A stretch of DNA of 64,000 nucleotides. It comes from Perkinsus chesapeaki ATCC PRA-425. Lineage: Eukaryota > Protista > Perkinsozoa. Of this stretch, positions 61,931 through 64,000 are shown piece after piece (within the stretch, counting starts at the first letter, position 1; the number at the start of each line of letters is the position of its first letter). The stretch spans positions 22,047-86,046 of the forward strand of contig JAAPAO010000088.1 of NCBI GenBank assembly GCA_013115145.1, given 5' to 3'. The position numbers were made by a program, and so were the translations under genes. The notes beneath the pieces are model-generated. The model worked only from the letters and a program-made list of their open reading frames with translations. It did no database searches and had not been told where the DNA came from.

Positions 61931-63200
61931 ATGCAGAGTGGTGGCAACGAACATTGCGAGTTCGGATACATGTAATATTTTACAAGGCGCATCTATCAAC
62001 CTCAAAGGAATCTTTGCGCAGCTGAAAGGATATCTTTTCGAGAAGTTGATGTTACTAAGGACCTAACTGTCGAGGTCGTATCTTCTATCTCCGGTGATTT
62101 CGATTCCAATGTCGATCTTAAATCGGGGTTCAGAGTATGGGAATGCAGCATCGACCTTGCCAAGTAACCTCAAAAATATCTTTATGTTCTCTTATTTCCC
62201 GCCTTCAACCTTAGATACGTCTATGAGAATCTTTCCAGTGAGGGCGATATCCATAACCTTGTTGAGCTGGGTTGTGGTCATGCCTTGCCCGGAATCGCTG
62301 TAATAGGGATATCCCTCCCTCTCTCCATCTTACCTTAGGCACTGCTGAAGTCCCCCTCAGCTGTAGCTTATCTCCACGACTTGGACCCTCTAGTGCTCGA
62401 GTACATTACATCTCGCAATGTCGCCAAACTCGACGAATCGGTCGCGTCCAGAGCTCGGTATTCTAAAAAATATCTCTCGGGTTCGAATGTTCATTGATAG
62501 GTACGTCACCGGGCCGTGGGGAAGGGAGCTTAGTACGGTCCTGGGGGAGGGAGGGAGGACGTTCCAGCTCATTCTGTCGAGCGAGGGGATATACAAGTAA
62601 TAAGGGATGCACCCAGGTTCGAATCCCACTAGCGTATTTTACTGCATTCAACCAAGGCGTATCATCTCATACGGCAAGTCACCGGAAACTGCGAGGTTGG
62701 TTTGCGTAGGCTTCCGCAGTATGCCTCCGCTTCCGTGTCGAGAGATGTCCTTTTTTCGGTAGTAGTGTTGGAATTGACCATGTTCATCATGGTAACCTAT
62801 CCACCTATGTTCAGCTGCCATGTATGATACAAGGCGACGGTGTTGTTACCGCTCCTTTCTTTGATCGTAGGTCTTCTTCGTTTGAACCCCTCCTCGAGAT
62901 GGTCAATGACCTCCTTGATCCTGTTACTGGTGTCGCCCTGTTTGCTGGCAAGAAGCTTTATTTCGGATGTGGTGGAGGCACAGCTCCATTCATGAGGTAA
63001 TACGTGGGAGACAGGTAGTTTTCGACCTCGGGAGCCTCCAGGGCTTCGCAAGTACCTCCAGCAGACCTCTGCCGGCGGCCTTCCCGGTTGAGGCCTAAAC
63101 ATCCCGCACTGAATTGGCTTAGGAAGTGACCTCTGCAATATATGGGTCGACAAGGCATATATCTCCCCGCTGGCCGGGCCTATCTCGGAGTATTAAATAT
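61931..63200 (+). CDS. Seven-beta-strand protein methyltransferase, METTL18/Hpm1-like (Methyltransf_16 family); 3' end approximate
   Basis: Exons read DLKSGFRVWECSIDLAK|YV...LVELGCGHALPGI, AYLHDLD..VL.YIT..NV, FQLILSSEGIY and AGKKLYFGCGGGT. Confidence 0.75.
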
Positions 63201-63673
63201 CACCGCAAATTTACTCAATCTTTCGGTTGTGTCTCAAGGCAAAGTAATGATTGGTCCTAGGAGGCCAACCGCCACCTTGGCATTATGCGGGCCACAAGAC
63301 GATGAACAGCCAATGGTCGTTTCAAACTACAGGCTTCCCAATTATTATGCCTACTCGGGGCATGTACAAACCGAGTTTGCACCGGTTCTTCTGTCCGATA
63401 CTGGGACAGACAGCTTTCCTCGCAAGAGCGTATGGTTTCTAACCATGTCTCTTATTTCTCAGCTTTATCGAGGAGAAGTGTTCAGAACATCTGACTTGTC
63501 GATCGGTGGCGGTTTTCGAGGATAAGCGGAGCAACATTCGAGAAATTGTTGAAGTGAAGAAGAAGAAACAGCACCGATGAATTTAACGTCTTTCTACGTA
63601 TATTTTGTTTGAGTTTCGTGGCGCGCGACATTTTTCTAGTAGTGTTTGTTCGTTAACAGTAGTCGCCTTCACA

Positions 63674-63747
63674 ATGGATGCCATCTCGGCCGGTCTACCT
63701 GAGGAGGATACGAAGACCCTCCCTAACATGCGGCACGCTCAGGACAG
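63674..63747 (+). CDS. First exon of a gene that continues beyond the window (MDAISAGLPEEDTKTLPNMRHAQDR)
   Basis: ATG 63674, open frame to the cag|gtaata donor; upstream TTTCGTGGCGCG motif. Product not identifiable. Confidence 0.4.
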
Positions 63748-63808
63748 GTAATATGGGGGTGCTGCCGCTACTACCGGGCAGCTTTAGAGGAATTAGATGC
63801 ATTCGTTA

Positions 63809-64000
63809 TATCTCATCCTCCTCCTCTGTATCACTAGTAACATATTTCCTATCAAACTCCTCTCTATTATATCTCCTCCTCTGTATCACTAGTAACATAT
63901 TTCCTATCAAACTCCTCTCTATTATATCTCCTCCTCTGTATCACTAGTAACATATTCCCTATCAAACTCCTCTCTATTATATCTCCTCCTCTGTATCACT
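63809..64000. repeat. 55-bp minisatellite, at least 3.5 copies, running off the window end
   Basis: Same unit as 7584-7765; cact(ag) starts at 63832, 63887, 63942 and 63997. Confidence 0.95.

Noticed and set aside
63674-63747. Possible proteasome RPN7 N-terminus
   Set aside because: Only 25 residues are visible and the similarity is impressionistic.
1-64000. Autonomous transposon or viral genes
   Set aside because: No reverse transcriptase, integrase, transposase or tyrosine recombinase motifs recognised in the ORFs.

Overview
Intron-rich eukaryotic genomic DNA. By inference it is an alveolate, most like Perkinsus: many 40-100 nt introns, at least one GC-AG intron, and dinoflagellate-type hnRNP U-like and HPR/OPR-like proteins. 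The six-frame ORFs are mostly exon fragments, so gene boundaries below come from manual exon joining. Recognisable genes, in order: an FMN-dependent alpha-hydroxy-acid dehydrogenase, two tandem LUC7 paralogs, coatomer beta (COPB1), a dual-specificity phosphatase, two tandem SPRY/hnRNP U-like paralogs, an intronless helical-repeat (HPR/OPR-like) protein, a RING-H2 membrane protein, an N-terminally extended Rab7-like GTPase, tRNA-His(GTG), a DHRS7-like SDR, three CCCH zinc-finger genes, a 62-aa Lys-rich H1-like protein, RPL18 with an intronic box C/D snoRNA, a tandem U14 snoRNA array spanning an assembly gap, and a METTL18/Hpm1-like methyltransferase. The most unusual signals are non-coding. Many short introns are built around a tRNA T-arm/B-box. 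A GCGGAGCGAAG 11-mer occurs 13 times, often fused to the 5' splice site. The U14 array has an altered domain A next to a D' box. The two diverged hnRNP U-like paralogs share near-identical tracts.
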